Assembly (NCBI GenBank): GCA_963663275.1
Contig: OY760183.1
Span: forward strand, 2,336,001 to 2,400,000
Reading direction: 5' to 3'
Source: Chloroflexota bacterium
GTDB lineage: Bacteria > Chloroflexota > UBA11872 > VXOZ01
DNA length: 64,000 nucleotides
A model generated the notes under the pieces. That model searched no databases, had not been told where the DNA came from, and saw only the letters and a list, made by a program, of their open reading frames with translations. A program made the position numbers and the translations under genes. Positions within the stretch are counted from its first letter, which is position 1; every line of letters begins with the position of its first letter. Below are positions 30,281 to 40,276 of the stretch, in pieces.

Positions 30281-31813
30281 ATGGAATCCAAACCATTGGT
30301 GATCGTAGGCGCGGGCGTAGCCGGGACGGCCGCCGCGATTGAAGCAGCGCGCGCTGGCGTGCCGGTCACCCTCATCGACGAGAACCCCGTCACCCCATCC
30401 ATGATGGGGCTGGACGTACCGCAATTCTTCGGCAAACGGGCGGCGGATTCGCTAGGCGATAGGGACAAGACGCTCCGGAGCGTGGCCGCGGCCAACCCCG
30501 CACTGGCGGAGGCTGAAGCGGCCGGCGTCGACGTGCAGTTAGGGACGTGCGTCTGGGGCGCTTTCCGCAATACGGAAAACAGTAGGAATCTTGATGGCCC
30601 GCAGCTTGGCTTGGCCGACGACAAGCAGTCGTGGGTGATAAAGTACGAGCGGCTCATCGTGGCGGCCGGTTCCCGGGACTTGAACCTCTCCTTTGCCGGG
30701 TCGCATATGGCGGGCGCAACGGGGGCCAGCGGCGCTCACTCCCTGATGCACCGGTACAAGGCCTTGGCGTCGGGGCGCATGGTGATCCTAGGCTCCGGCA
30801 ACCTGGGACTCAACACCGCGAGAATGGCGCTGGACAACGGGGTAGAGGTGGTGGCTATTGTAGACGTTTCCCCCTCCGCGCGCGGTGACGAGGCGCTGCT
30901 GGCCGGTTTGCAGGCAGAGGGCGTCGAACTGTACACCTCCCATACCGTAAAGGAAGCGGTTGGCACGGACGACGGCATAGAGTCCGTCGTGCTGGTCGCA
31001 ATCGACGAGAATAACGAGCCAATTGCCGGCGCCGAGAAGACTATCGCCGCCGATACCGTCTGCTTGGCTATCGGCTTAGTGCCGAACATAGAGCTACTCA
31101 GCCTCCTGGATTGCGACATTCGCTTCGCGTCCGAGCTTGGCGGATACGTGCCGGCGCACGACGAGTGGATGCGGACCAGCGTCGCGGCCGTATTCGTCGC
31201 GGGCGAAGTAGCCGGGTTCCACGACGGCATGATCCTCGACCCCGGCATTGCACGGCATCAAGGCCGCCTCGCCGGACTAGCCGCCGCCGAGTCGCTGGGC
31301 GCTATTGACAGTGCGGCGGCCCGCGCCCGGCGGGCCGAGTTTCAGGCCCAGACCGCCGCCGCGGCGCCGTCCGAAGTACATTCGGGCTGGCAGCAGTGGC
31401 TTCAGTCCTTTGCCAGTGCCGGCGGGCCGGATGTTCTTGCGTGCGCGTGCGAGGAAGTCACCAACGCTGAACTCATAGACTTGCAGCCGCCGCGGTACTT
31501 GGATTGGCGCTCGGAGCAGATGAGCCGTCGGAACCTGCAGACCCAATTGCGGGACGGCCCCGTCAATCCCGACCAGGTCAAGCGCCTGACACAGGCCGGC
31601 ATGGGCGAATGCCAGGGCCGGCGGTGCCGCGAGCAGGTATCGCTGCTGCTGGCCGCGGAGTCCGGTACCGACATCGCCGACGTGCCCTTCATGTCCTACC
31701 GGCCGCCGGTACGACCTCTGCCGCTGAGTGTCATGTGGCCGCACGATGAGACGGAGCAGATGCGCGAGAATTGGGTCAAGTGGTTCGTTCCCGTGAGTAG
31801 AGTGTTGGGGTAG
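30281..31813 (+). CDS. FAD/NAD-dependent oxidoreductase with C-terminal BFD-like [2Fe-2S] domain (opine oxidase/HcnB/L-proline dehydrogenase alpha type)
   Basis: IVGAGVAG, CACEEVT, KRLTQAGMGECQGRRC, RPPVRP. Confidence 0.85.
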   Translation: MESKPLVIVGAGVAGTAAAIEAARAGVPVTLIDENPVTPSMMGLDVPQFFGKRAADSLGDRDKTLRSVAAANPALAEAEAAGVDVQLGTCVWGAFRNTENSRNLDGPQLGLADDKQSWVIKYERLIVAAGSRDLNLSFAGSHMAGATGASGAHSLMHRYKALASGRMVILGSGNLGLNTARMALDNGVEVVAIVDVSPSARGDEALLAGLQAEGVELYTSHTVKEAVGTDDGIESVVLVAIDENNEPIAGAEKTIAADTVCLAIGLVPNIELLSLLDCDIRFASELGGYVPAHDEWMRTSVAAVFVAGEVAGFHDGMILDPGIARHQGRLAGLAAAESLGAIDSAAARARRAEFQAQTAAAAPSEVHSGWQQWLQSFASAGGPDVLACACEEVTNAELIDLQPPRYLDWRSEQMSRRNLQTQLRDGPVNPDQVKRLTQAGMGECQGRRCREQVSLLLAAESGTDIADVPFMSYRPPVRPLPLSVMWPHDETEQMRENWVKWFVPVSRVLG

Positions 31814-31848
31814 GCGGAAACGCAAGGCCGGAGCAGCGGAGTAGCACC

Positions 31849-33009
31849 ATGGCAATTGGCAGTGCGGATGCAGTCATCATTGGGGGTGGCATTTCGGGCC
31901 TCAGCACAGCCTATCATCTGGCCAAAGCGGGCAAGGTTGTCGTCGTCATCGAGAAAGGGATCGTGGGGGCCGAGGCTTCCGGGCGCAACGGCGGGATGAT
32001 CAGCGAGCGCACCGACGAGCCGGACTTGGTGCCCTTGGCCGTGGCGTCCGTGAAGAACTGGCCGACGCTGGACGAGGAACTGGGCTATCCTACCGAGTTC
32101 ACGCAACAGGGCAGACTCCAGGTTGCCGTCTCGGAAGCGGAGATGGGCCGCTACTTGACGGAAGTGGAGGTAGGGGCGCGCTTCGGCGTGCAGGTAGACC
32201 GGGTAGACCGTGCCCAAGTACGAGACATGATACCCGGCATCACCGATCGGACGCTTGGCGGGATCTTCTTCCCCAATGGCGGCCACGCCAATCCGCAGCG
32301 GTCGGTGCAGGCGTTCGCGTGGGCGCTTCAGGACAGGGGCGGCAGGCTCTACCAGCATACCGCCGCCACGGGCTTCAATCTCGCTGGCGGCAGGGTTACG
32401 TCGGTTGAGACGACCGCCGGCGCCATCGAGGCGGACGTGGTGGTTTGCGCCGCCGGGCCGCAGACGGCGCAGTTTGCGGAAATGGTGGGTGCGCTTGTGC
32501 CCGCGGCGCCGGCGCGAGCGGAGATTATAGCGACAGCTCCTTACGAACCGCGTTTCAAGATGGCCCTTGCGGGAAACGGACTCTACGGGCGCCAGGCTAC
32601 CAGGGGCAATCTGCTCTTTGGCGGCGGCCCCCACGAATGGGTAGACGTGGGTCTGACCGCTGATCCGGGCAAGCCCAACACCCCCCTCATTCGCAACATC
32701 GCCAGGCGGCTTGCCGACCTGCTGCCGGGGGCGGCGCATACACCGGTCATCCGCAGTTGGGCCGGCGTGGTGGAGCAGGCCCCGGACTCTCTGCCCATCA
32801 TCGATAGGCTGGACCGCCCCAGCAATTTTGTGCTGGTTACCGCCTCAGCCCACGGCTTCGCCATCGCAGCCGCCACGGGCAAGGTCGTGAGCGAATTGGC
32901 GCTCCACGGCGAGACGAGCATCGACATCAGCGGCCTGCGGCTGAACAGATTTGCCGGCTTGGGTCCGAATTGGCGGGAAGAGCTTGGCTGGAGTCCAATC
33001 TCTGTATGA
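31849..33009 (+). CDS. FAD-dependent amino acid oxidase (DAO/sarcosine oxidase beta type)
   Basis: IIGGGISG, ASGRNGG, RSWAG, PDSLPII, HGF. Confidence 0.88.
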   Translation: MAIGSADAVIIGGGISGLSTAYHLAKAGKVVVVIEKGIVGAEASGRNGGMISERTDEPDLVPLAVASVKNWPTLDEELGYPTEFTQQGRLQVAVSEAEMGRYLTEVEVGARFGVQVDRVDRAQVRDMIPGITDRTLGGIFFPNGGHANPQRSVQAFAWALQDRGGRLYQHTAATGFNLAGGRVTSVETTAGAIEADVVVCAAGPQTAQFAEMVGALVPAAPARAEIIATAPYEPRFKMALAGNGLYGRQATRGNLLFGGGPHEWVDVGLTADPGKPNTPLIRNIARRLADLLPGAAHTPVIRSWAGVVEQAPDSLPIIDRLDRPSNFVLVTASAHGFAIAAATGKVVSELALHGETSIDISGLRLNRFAGLGPNWREELGWSPISV

Positions 33010-34235
33010 CACAGCAAAGGTTCAAATCTGCATCCAAGAGTTCCTCCGGCGCGGAGATTTCTCACGGATACGATCCTCAGTACCCTACCGTACCTTTTAC
33101 GGACTTCAAATCGGTTACACCCAGAACTGCGCTGGAGTCGCTGAATCTCAACTGGCGGGAGACAGATTTGCCGGAGCGGATTCGGACGAAGCACGTTCAC
33201 CGCCTGCACCCATACCTTGGAAAGTTCGTCCCACAGTTAGTCGAAATCTTCCTGCGCAAGTTTGAGCCAACGACCGTATGCGACCCATTTTGCGGCTCGG
33301 GCACAACGCTGGTCGAAGCAGCAACACTTGGTATAGATGCGGTAGGGTGTGATATTTCCGAATTCAACACGCTTATGACCCGGGTAAAGACGGGCAAGTA
33401 CAACGGCAAGTTGCTCGAGTTCGAAGTCAGCGACATTCTTAGCAAAGTGTTGTCGCTGCCACAGTTGACGCTACGAGAAGAGGGGGTGCTTTATCATGCG
33501 AGTGACTACCTCAAGTCGTGGTTCGCGCCAAAAGCACTGACATCACTTCTGGCCTACCGAGATCTGATTCCAAACTATACGTACAGCGACGTACTGAGAT
33601 TGATCCTGTCACGAGCGGCCAGGTCCGCGCGCCGCACAACCCACTTCGATCTTGACTTCCCCAAACAGCCTCAAACTGAGCCCTATTACTGTTACAAACA
33701 TGGCCGGATTTGCAGGCCAACAGAGAGTGCGGCGCAGTTTCTCAAGCGGTACAGCAACGACACACTGAAGAGAATACGAGAGTTCACGGCCATGCGGAGG
33801 AATGTCGCCATATCAACCATTACCGAAGATTCCAGGACCGCGCATTTCCCCAAATTCGATCTTGTCGTCACTTCTCCACCCTATGTTGGACTTATTGACT
33901 ATCATAAGCAGCACATGTATGCATACGAGTTGCTGGAGTTGGAATGGAAGGCTAAAGAAGAAATAGGGCCGGCTGCCAAAGGAAGCTCACGTCGTGCGCA
34001 AGCTGAATATGCTGACAACATGGCCGAGTCTTTCAATAACATCAAGAAAGGCCTTTCAAGAGATGGGCGCATGGTCGTGATTGTAAACGACAAATTCGGC
34101 CTTTATGACGAAATTCAAGAGCGAGTTGGAATGTCTCTCGAGACAAGATTGGAGAGACACGTTAACAGAAGAACAGGAAGAAGGGCCGGAGATTTCTACG
34201 AGAGCATTCTCGTTTGGGTCGCAAAGGGGAGCTGA
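33006..34235 (+). CDS. Type II DNA methyltransferase, alpha-class, probably N4-cytosine
   Basis: HPYLGKF, DPFCGSGTT (motif I) ahead of TSPPY (motif IV); lower GC. Confidence 0.88.
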   Translation: MTQQRFKSASKSSSGAEISHGYDPQYPTVPFTDFKSVTPRTALESLNLNWRETDLPERIRTKHVHRLHPYLGKFVPQLVEIFLRKFEPTTVCDPFCGSGTTLVEAATLGIDAVGCDISEFNTLMTRVKTGKYNGKLLEFEVSDILSKVLSLPQLTLREEGVLYHASDYLKSWFAPKALTSLLAYRDLIPNYTYSDVLRLILSRAARSARRTTHFDLDFPKQPQTEPYYCYKHGRICRPTESAAQFLKRYSNDTLKRIREFTAMRRNVAISTITEDSRTAHFPKFDLVVTSPPYVGLIDYHKQHMYAYELLELEWKAKEEIGPAAKGSSRRAQAEYADNMAESFNNIKKGLSRDGRMVVIVNDKFGLYDEIQERVGMSLETRLERHVNRRTGRRAGDFYESILVWVAKGS

Positions 34236-34236
34236 A

Positions 34237-35016
34237 GTGAGATTAGCGACGGAGGAAGCTGTCTACGATGTTCTACGAGAGTTTGCCTTTAGCCAAATAC
34301 CGAAGCTGAGCAAGTGGACCCTCGCTGACATCAGGCAGGGGTACCCATTCCACCAACTTTTCTTTCCTGAAGAAGCTATCCTAGCGGCGAGAGTTGAACG
34401 AAGTGTGGTGACATCGATGGGAACAAAGCTGTATCCAGCTTTGGCAGAAGCTATTGCAGGGAGTCGCTTCAGAAAGGTGTTTGTTGAGCACGTTGTTGAA
34501 GGCCCGGTCAACGATGCGGCCATAAATATGATCGAGCAAATCGTGACTGAACTTCGGACTTCTCCAAGTAAACGAGAAACTCCTCGACAGCCTGACCATG
34601 ACGGGGAAATGCGCGATATCCTGAACTCACGAGGCGGTGGGCAATCGACTAGAGCGGTCACTGCCGACGTATACATAGAAGATTTTGATGACGGCCCACT
34701 GTTTATAGAGTTGAAGAGCCCACTCCCGAATCTGGATATTGCCGCAGAGTCAAAGAGAAAACTCCTCTATTACTTGACCATCATGCACAGAAGAGGAATA
34801 AGCACATCGAAGGCATTTCTCGGCCTGACATACAATCCTCACATTACACGCGACCAGTACAACCATCCTTTCACAAAGAGGATCATGGACATGGATAAGC
34901 AAGTGTTGATTGGCAGCGAGTTGTGGGATTACATCGGCGGCTCCGGAACGTATGCCAGCCTGCTTTCGTTAATCGAGCGAGTTCGTCAGGAGTTGCCCGA
35001 TTCCACTGGTCTGTAG
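34237..35016 (+). CDS. Type II restriction endonuclease, TdeIII-like PD-(D/E)xK
   Basis: RSVVTSMG, ADVYI...FIELKSPLPN, LTYNP, LIGSELWDYIGG; starts 1 nt after the MTase stop. Confidence 0.8.
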   Translation: MRLATEEAVYDVLREFAFSQIPKLSKWTLADIRQGYPFHQLFFPEEAILAARVERSVVTSMGTKLYPALAEAIAGSRFRKVFVEHVVEGPVNDAAINMIEQIVTELRTSPSKRETPRQPDHDGEMRDILNSRGGGQSTRAVTADVYIEDFDDGPLFIELKSPLPNLDIAAESKRKLLYYLTIMHRRGISTSKAFLGLTYNPHITRDQYNHPFTKRIMDMDKQVLIGSELWDYIGGSGTYASLLSLIERVRQELPDSTGL

Positions 35017-35217
35017 CCTCTCTGCGACCGGCTGGGCTCGGCAAAGAACCATTCGTTCTGTCAAGCGGGGGCTTGTGTGCAGTCTTCTATGTTGCAGAAG
35101 ATTCGGAGTGGCGGCTCCGTCCGATGCTAGTTCCTTCAATCCTGAGAAGTAGCACTCGCTGGTTCGATCAATACTAGGGATACCGCCAAGGTTCCGAACT
35201 CCATCTGGCTTCAGAGT

Positions 35218-35685
35218 ATGGAAGCAGTGAACGACACCAAACCATGTCGAATCAGACCGGCAAATGAGATCGATGTACAATCAGTCTTGGATTTGTCGCG
35301 GCTGTGGGCCGAAGAAGGCTGCACGACCGGCTATGTCCCGTGTACGGCTCAGCACCTTCAGCCCTGGCTTGACGGCGGCTATTTCTTCGTGGCCGAGATT
35401 GAGGACGCGACCATAGCGTACGCCGCGGGAGTGGTGAAACTGGGAAAAGGCGCAATCTATAGGCCCGAGGGCGAGCAGTATTTGAATGTTGATGAAGTCT
35501 TCGTCCATGCCGACCACCGGAGCGGCGGCATTGGCGCGCAACTCATGCAGGCCCTCCTGGATAAGGCGGCATTGGCAGGCGTGGCGCGCTCTATGGTTGG
35601 CTCGAACAACGTGGACTGGTTGTCCACATTTCGCTTCTACGAACGGCATGGCTACCGCATGTTCGCAATCCAGATGTACAAGTAG
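35218..35685 (+). CDS. GNAT family N-acetyltransferase
   Basis: FVHADHRSGGIG, FYERHGY. Confidence 0.85.
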   Translation: MEAVNDTKPCRIRPANEIDVQSVLDLSRLWAEEGCTTGYVPCTAQHLQPWLDGGYFFVAEIEDATIAYAAGVVKLGKGAIYRPEGEQYLNVDEVFVHADHRSGGIGAQLMQALLDKAALAGVARSMVGSNNVDWLSTFRFYERHGYRMFAIQMYK

Positions 35686-35847
35686 CTGATATGAGGGGGT
35701 CGCAAGCCGGCCAACGCTTGAGGCTGGCGAGCGTCAGGCCGTCCCGCTTGCGCCTCCCAACGTCGCTGCGCTTGCGGATACAACCCGGACGCTTCAAGCG
35801 GACGTTCAGTATGCACAGCGGTTGCCTTGAATTGGAGGAGCAACCTG

Positions 35848-37347
35848 TTGAAAGCTTCAATTCGCTTGGACATTGCGCACACCGTCAGTGAGATCGACCC
35901 GCGTCTGTTCAGCGGATTCCTCGAGCACTTAGGCCGGGCCGTGTACGAGGGGGTTTACGATCCGGCAAGCCCGCTGAGCGATGCCAATGGCTTCCGCACG
36001 GACGTGGCCGCGACGCTGCGCAAGCTGGGTATGCCCTATGTGCGTTATCCGGGCGGCAACTTCGTCAGTAACTATGACTGGCGCGACGGCGTGGGACCGC
36101 AGGCAGAGCGACCGGTGCGGCCGGACTTCGCGTGGCGCAGCATTGAGCCAAACACATTTGGCGTGGATGAATTCATGCGCTGGTGCCGTTGGGTGGACAC
36201 CGAGCCGATGATGGCGGTCAATCTCGGCACGCTGGGACCCCGTGAAGCGGCGGAGCTTGTCGAATACTGCAACTTGCCCGGCGGCACACACTGGTCCGAC
36301 GCCAGGGTACGAAACAGCAGCGCCGAACCGCACGGCATCAAGCTCTGGTGCCTGGGCAACGAGATGGACGGCCCGTGGCAAGCGGGCCATTGCTCGGCAG
36401 CGGAGTACGCACTGAAAGCGCAGCAGGCCGCCCGTCTCATGCGCGGGATCGACACCAACATAGAGCTTGTGGCGTGCGGCTCCTCCGGGCGTTACATGGC
36501 TACCTACCTGGAGTGGGACCGCGTCGTCCTGGAAACCTGCTGGGAGGATATTGAGTACATTTCCGCCCACCGCTACAGCCGCAATTACGATGATGACAGC
36601 GCGTGGTTTCTGGCCGAGGGCGTGGAGATTGACCGCGTATTAGACGATTACGCCGGTCTGCTCGCTTACGTGCGCGGCATGAAGAAGAGCGACAAGAGGG
36701 TCTACATCGCTTTCGATGAGTGGAACGTCTGGTATAAGGACCGCCAGGGAGACGGCGCCTGGAGCCGCGCGCCCCACTTGCTGGAAGAGGTCTACAACCT
36801 GGAGGACGCCCTGGTCTGCGCGCAGTTCTTGAATAGCTTCCTGCGCCACGCCGATACTGTGAAGATCGCGTGCCTGGCGCAGATCGTCAACGTCATCGCG
36901 CCCATCCTGACACGGCCCGACGGCTTGCTCATCCAGAGCATCTACTATCCGTTTCAGCTCTTCTCCCAACACGCGCGCGGCGTCTCGCTTACGCCAATTG
37001 TGGAAGGGCCGACGTATGCGGCCGGAGCCAGGGGCGAAGCGCCGCTGTTGGACGTGTCGGCAAGCCATGACCCCGAAAGCGACTCCATCAGCATCTTCAT
37101 CGTCAATAGAAGCCAGTCGGACGATGTGGAAGTCCACGTTTCGTGTGGAGACTTCCGGGCCCGGCCTGATGTCGAGACGGCCGTGCTCACCGGCAGCGGC
37201 CCCAAGGCCCACAACACCTGGGAAAGGCCGGACGTTATTCGGCCAAGACCTGGCGCCGCTACGGTAGACACGGACGGAATCGTGCGCGTGACGGTACCGT
37301 CGCTGGGGTTGTCCGTCCTTGGTGTGCAGCGGGAAGAGCAAGCCTGA
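35848..37347 (+). CDS. abfA: Alpha-L-arabinofuranosidase (GH51)
   Basis: FLEHLGRAVYEG, RYPGGNF, WCLGNEMDGPWQ, FDEWNVW, AQIVNVIAP. Confidence 0.92.
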   Translation: MKASIRLDIAHTVSEIDPRLFSGFLEHLGRAVYEGVYDPASPLSDANGFRTDVAATLRKLGMPYVRYPGGNFVSNYDWRDGVGPQAERPVRPDFAWRSIEPNTFGVDEFMRWCRWVDTEPMMAVNLGTLGPREAAELVEYCNLPGGTHWSDARVRNSSAEPHGIKLWCLGNEMDGPWQAGHCSAAEYALKAQQAARLMRGIDTNIELVACGSSGRYMATYLEWDRVVLETCWEDIEYISAHRYSRNYDDDSAWFLAEGVEIDRVLDDYAGLLAYVRGMKKSDKRVYIAFDEWNVWYKDRQGDGAWSRAPHLLEEVYNLEDALVCAQFLNSFLRHADTVKIACLAQIVNVIAPILTRPDGLLIQSIYYPFQLFSQHARGVSLTPIVEGPTYAAGARGEAPLLDVSASHDPESDSISIFIVNRSQSDDVEVHVSCGDFRARPDVETAVLTGSGPKAHNTWERPDVIRPRPGAATVDTDGIVRVTVPSLGLSVLGVQREEQA

Positions 37348-37556
37348 CTGCATAGGCCCTCAAGACCCGCGACTCGCGGGTCGCGGGTGAAGGTTGGCGC
37401 TTGTCCTATGCTTCCTCTCACGTCTGGACAGCGTACGTGCTGATGCTGCTGTTCTCTTCCTGTCCGCGCGCTCGAGCGTCCGGCTTGCCAAGCGACTCCT
37501 TCTCGTGATACATGAAGAGGAGCAACCAATCGAATGGAGACTGTCGGGAGAGTAGA

Positions 37557-37937
37557 ATGGCGCTGCGCGTGCACATACGCTGCGATGGAGTGAGCGCTAC
37601 GGCAACGTTGAACGACTCGCCCACCGCCCAGGCGGTTTGGGATGCGCTTCCGCTTGAAGGCAGCGCCAACGTCTGGGGCGATGAGATCTATTTCCGTATC
37701 CCGGTGTCACTTGCGGAAGAGGATGCCCAGGAAGTTGTGAAACTCGGCGCTCTCGGCTACTGGCCGCCGGGCAACGCCTTCTGCATCTTCTTTGGCCCGA
37801 CCCCGATGAGCCACGGCAACGAGATCCGGCCCGCTTCGCCGGTGAACGTCTTTGGCGCGATTGACGGCGATCCGACCGTCTTCAAGCGGGTGTCCGGCGG
37901 CGCCCAAGTCACAATCGAGCGTAATGAGCAGGACTAA
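37557..37937 (+). CDS. Cyclophilin-like fold protein (TM1367 type)
   Basis: WGDEIYF, YWPPGNAFCIFFGPTP, PASPVNVFG. Confidence 0.85.
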   Translation: MALRVHIRCDGVSATATLNDSPTAQAVWDALPLEGSANVWGDEIYFRIPVSLAEEDAQEVVKLGALGYWPPGNAFCIFFGPTPMSHGNEIRPASPVNVFGAIDGDPTVFKRVSGGAQVTIERNEQD

Positions 37938-37981
37938 CGGTTTGCGGTTGACCCATCACATGCCAGCGAGGAGTGTCGGCT

Positions 37982-38815
37982 ATGCCCTACGCATTGGAAG
38001 ACGAATTTGGCGACATAATCGGTAAGGCGCGGCGGGGGTTGGGGTTGAGCGCCGCTGACGCGGCGGAGCGGGTGGGCGTCAGTGTTGATGACCTTGAGAC
38101 GATGGAAAGCTATGAGCTAATTCCCGATCAGGCGGTAATCAACCGCATTGCCGCCTTGCTCGGCTTGCAGGAGGCGCGCCTGGGCGCGATCGCGCGGGAA
38201 GAGTGGGAGCCCGCGGCCGCCATTCTTGCCGCGAGCGAAGACGTTGCCATCGAGCGCTTTCTCGTTGAGGCGTACAACGCGAACGTCTACCTGCTGGTCA
38301 ACGCCAAGACTGAAACTGCCCTGCTCATCGACGCGGGCGGGCTGGGCGAGGAGGTGGCGCGCCACGTCCGCCAGGCCGGGCTTCGCCTGCTCGCCATTCT
38401 CTTCACCCACGGGCACGGCGACCACACGGAAGCGGCCGGCGTAGTGCAGCAGGAAACCGGCGCTATCGTCCACGCCCACGCTGCCGACGAACGCCTCGCC
38501 AAGGGAGCGTATGACGGAGAGATTCAGGCGTTGAGCGGCAATGAGACGTTGGAATTCGAGGGCTTCACCGTGCGGGTCGCGTCAACGCCGGGCCACACGG
38601 CCGGCAGCGTTACCTATGGTATCGGCGGCGCCGCCTTCACGGGAGACACGCTGTTTTGCGGTTCCATGGGGCGGTGCAGCCTGGACTATCCCAGCATGTT
38701 GCAGTCTATCCGCGACAACATTCTCACGTTGCCTCCCGCCACCGGCCTCTATCCGGGCCACGGACCGGCCACAACCGCGCAGGAAGAGCGGGACCACAAC
38801 CCGTTCTTCAGCTAA
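37982..38815 (+). CDS. MBL-fold metallo-hydrolase with N-terminal XRE-like HTH
   Basis: DIIGKARRGLGLS..A; THGHGDH, TPGHT, FTGDTLF, PGHG. Confidence 0.88.
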   Translation: MPYALEDEFGDIIGKARRGLGLSAADAAERVGVSVDDLETMESYELIPDQAVINRIAALLGLQEARLGAIAREEWEPAAAILAASEDVAIERFLVEAYNANVYLLVNAKTETALLIDAGGLGEEVARHVRQAGLRLLAILFTHGHGDHTEAAGVVQQETGAIVHAHAADERLAKGAYDGEIQALSGNETLEFEGFTVRVASTPGHTAGSVTYGIGGAAFTGDTLFCGSMGRCSLDYPSMLQSIRDNILTLPPATGLYPGHGPATTAQEERDHNPFFS

Positions 38816-39008
38816 GACGGCCACTTCGTCAAAGGCTTTGACTTCGATCAAAATGCAAGGTAATCTTGGCCGAAGTCGAGGTTTGAGGACGAGAAGGTAA
38901 GTGGAGCGCCGTTGGGCTTCCCTCTTAAGGGACGGCATTGGCGGCGCGCGCGCAGGCGTTCTGCGATTGAAGAGAGTAGACCAAATGAGAAGATCATCAC
39001 GCGGCCTG

Positions 39009-40226
39009 ATGAAGCGACGTGATCTCCTGGCTGCCGCCGGCGCGGCCACAATGGCTCTTGCGGCCGCCACGGCCTGCGGGCAGGAGGCAGAGAACACTCC
39101 CGCTGGGCCGACAAGCACGCCCGCCGCTACGCCGCAAGCGGAAGCCGCGCAGCCCACACCCTCGCCGGCGCTGCCGGACAACCTGCGGTTCTCCACTTTT
39201 GGCTGGCGGACCGATTTTTCCAAGCACAGTGTGCCGCTGGATGAGATCAGCTCGGGGGGCGTGGGGAGGGACGGGATTCCGCCAATTGGCGAGCCGACGT
39301 TCATCACTCCCGCGGAAGCGGCCGCGTACCTCGACGACAACAAACCCGTAGTCGTGGTGGAAGTGAACGGCGAAGCGAAAGCCTATCCCATCGAAATCCT
39401 CGTATGGCACGAGATCGTTAACGACGTGATTGGCGGCGTGCCGGTGACGGTGACCTTCTGCCCGCTCTGCAACACCGCCATCGCCTTCGACCGCCGCCTC
39501 GAGGGCGTCACGTACGACTTCGGCGTGAGCGGAAACTTGCGCTACAGCGACCTCATCATGTACGACCGCCAGACCCATAGCTGGTGGCAGCAGATCACCG
39601 GCGCGGCCATCGTCGGCGAACTCACCGGCAAGCGACTGACCGTGCTGCCGGCCGCCATCGTCTCATTCGGGGACTTTCGCGGCACGTATCCGGAGGGCGT
39701 GGTGCTGTCCCGCGACACCGGCTATCCCCAATACCTGACACGCTACGGCCACAACCCCTATCCCGGCTACGATGACATATCGCGGTCGCCGTTTCTCTTC
39801 CACGAGCCGGTCGATGGCCGCCTGCCGGCCATGGCGCGGGTGGTCACGGTATCGCTGCGTGGAGAGGACGCTGCCTATCCTTTCTCCGTGCTGGCGGAGC
39901 AAAAGGTGGTTGCGGATACCGTCGGCGGGGAGCCGATCGTGGTCTTTCACCAGCCGGGCACGGTTTCGCCATTTTCCCAGGGCGCGGACATTGGGGCGGC
40001 CGGCGTCTTTTCGCCGGCGCTCGACGGCAAGACCTTGCGATTCACCGTGGACGATAACGGCGAAATTGTGGATACGGAAACTGAGTCGCGTTGGAACGTG
40101 CTCGGCCTCGCGGTGGCGGGCCCTCTGGCCGGCAAGCAACTGCAATCCGTGGTGAACGGCAACCACTTCTGGTTCGCCTGGGCGGTCTTCAAGCCCGATA
40201 CGCGCGTGTTTGGTCTGTCTGAGTAG
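39009..40226 (+). CDS. DUF3179 family Tat lipoprotein
   Basis: KRRDLL, ATAC, DGIPPI, TFCPLC, FGVSGNL, MYDRQT, FWFAW. Confidence 0.85.
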   Translation: MKRRDLLAAAGAATMALAAATACGQEAENTPAGPTSTPAATPQAEAAQPTPSPALPDNLRFSTFGWRTDFSKHSVPLDEISSGGVGRDGIPPIGEPTFITPAEAAAYLDDNKPVVVVEVNGEAKAYPIEILVWHEIVNDVIGGVPVTVTFCPLCNTAIAFDRRLEGVTYDFGVSGNLRYSDLIMYDRQTHSWWQQITGAAIVGELTGKRLTVLPAAIVSFGDFRGTYPEGVVLSRDTGYPQYLTRYGHNPYPGYDDISRSPFLFHEPVDGRLPAMARVVTVSLRGEDAAYPFSVLAEQKVVADTVGGEPIVVFHQPGTVSPFSQGADIGAAGVFSPALDGKTLRFTVDDNGEIVDTETESRWNVLGLAVAGPLAGKQLQSVVNGNHFWFAWAVFKPDTRVFGLSE

Positions 40227-40276
40227 ACGCCCCGTCAAGCTATGGAGCGAAACGAGACCCGGCAGCCGAGAGGTCT

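Noticed and set aside
30281-33009. Hydrogen cyanide synthase
   Set aside because: No HcnA subunit; the fold is shared with opine, proline and sarcosine oxidases
29013-35685. Integrative island at tRNA-His
   Set aside because: No integrase and no duplicated tRNA 3' end seen; the first three genes have near-host GC
39009-40226. Selenoprotein form of DUF3179
   Set aside because: CPLC uses ordinary Cys codons; no in-frame TGA
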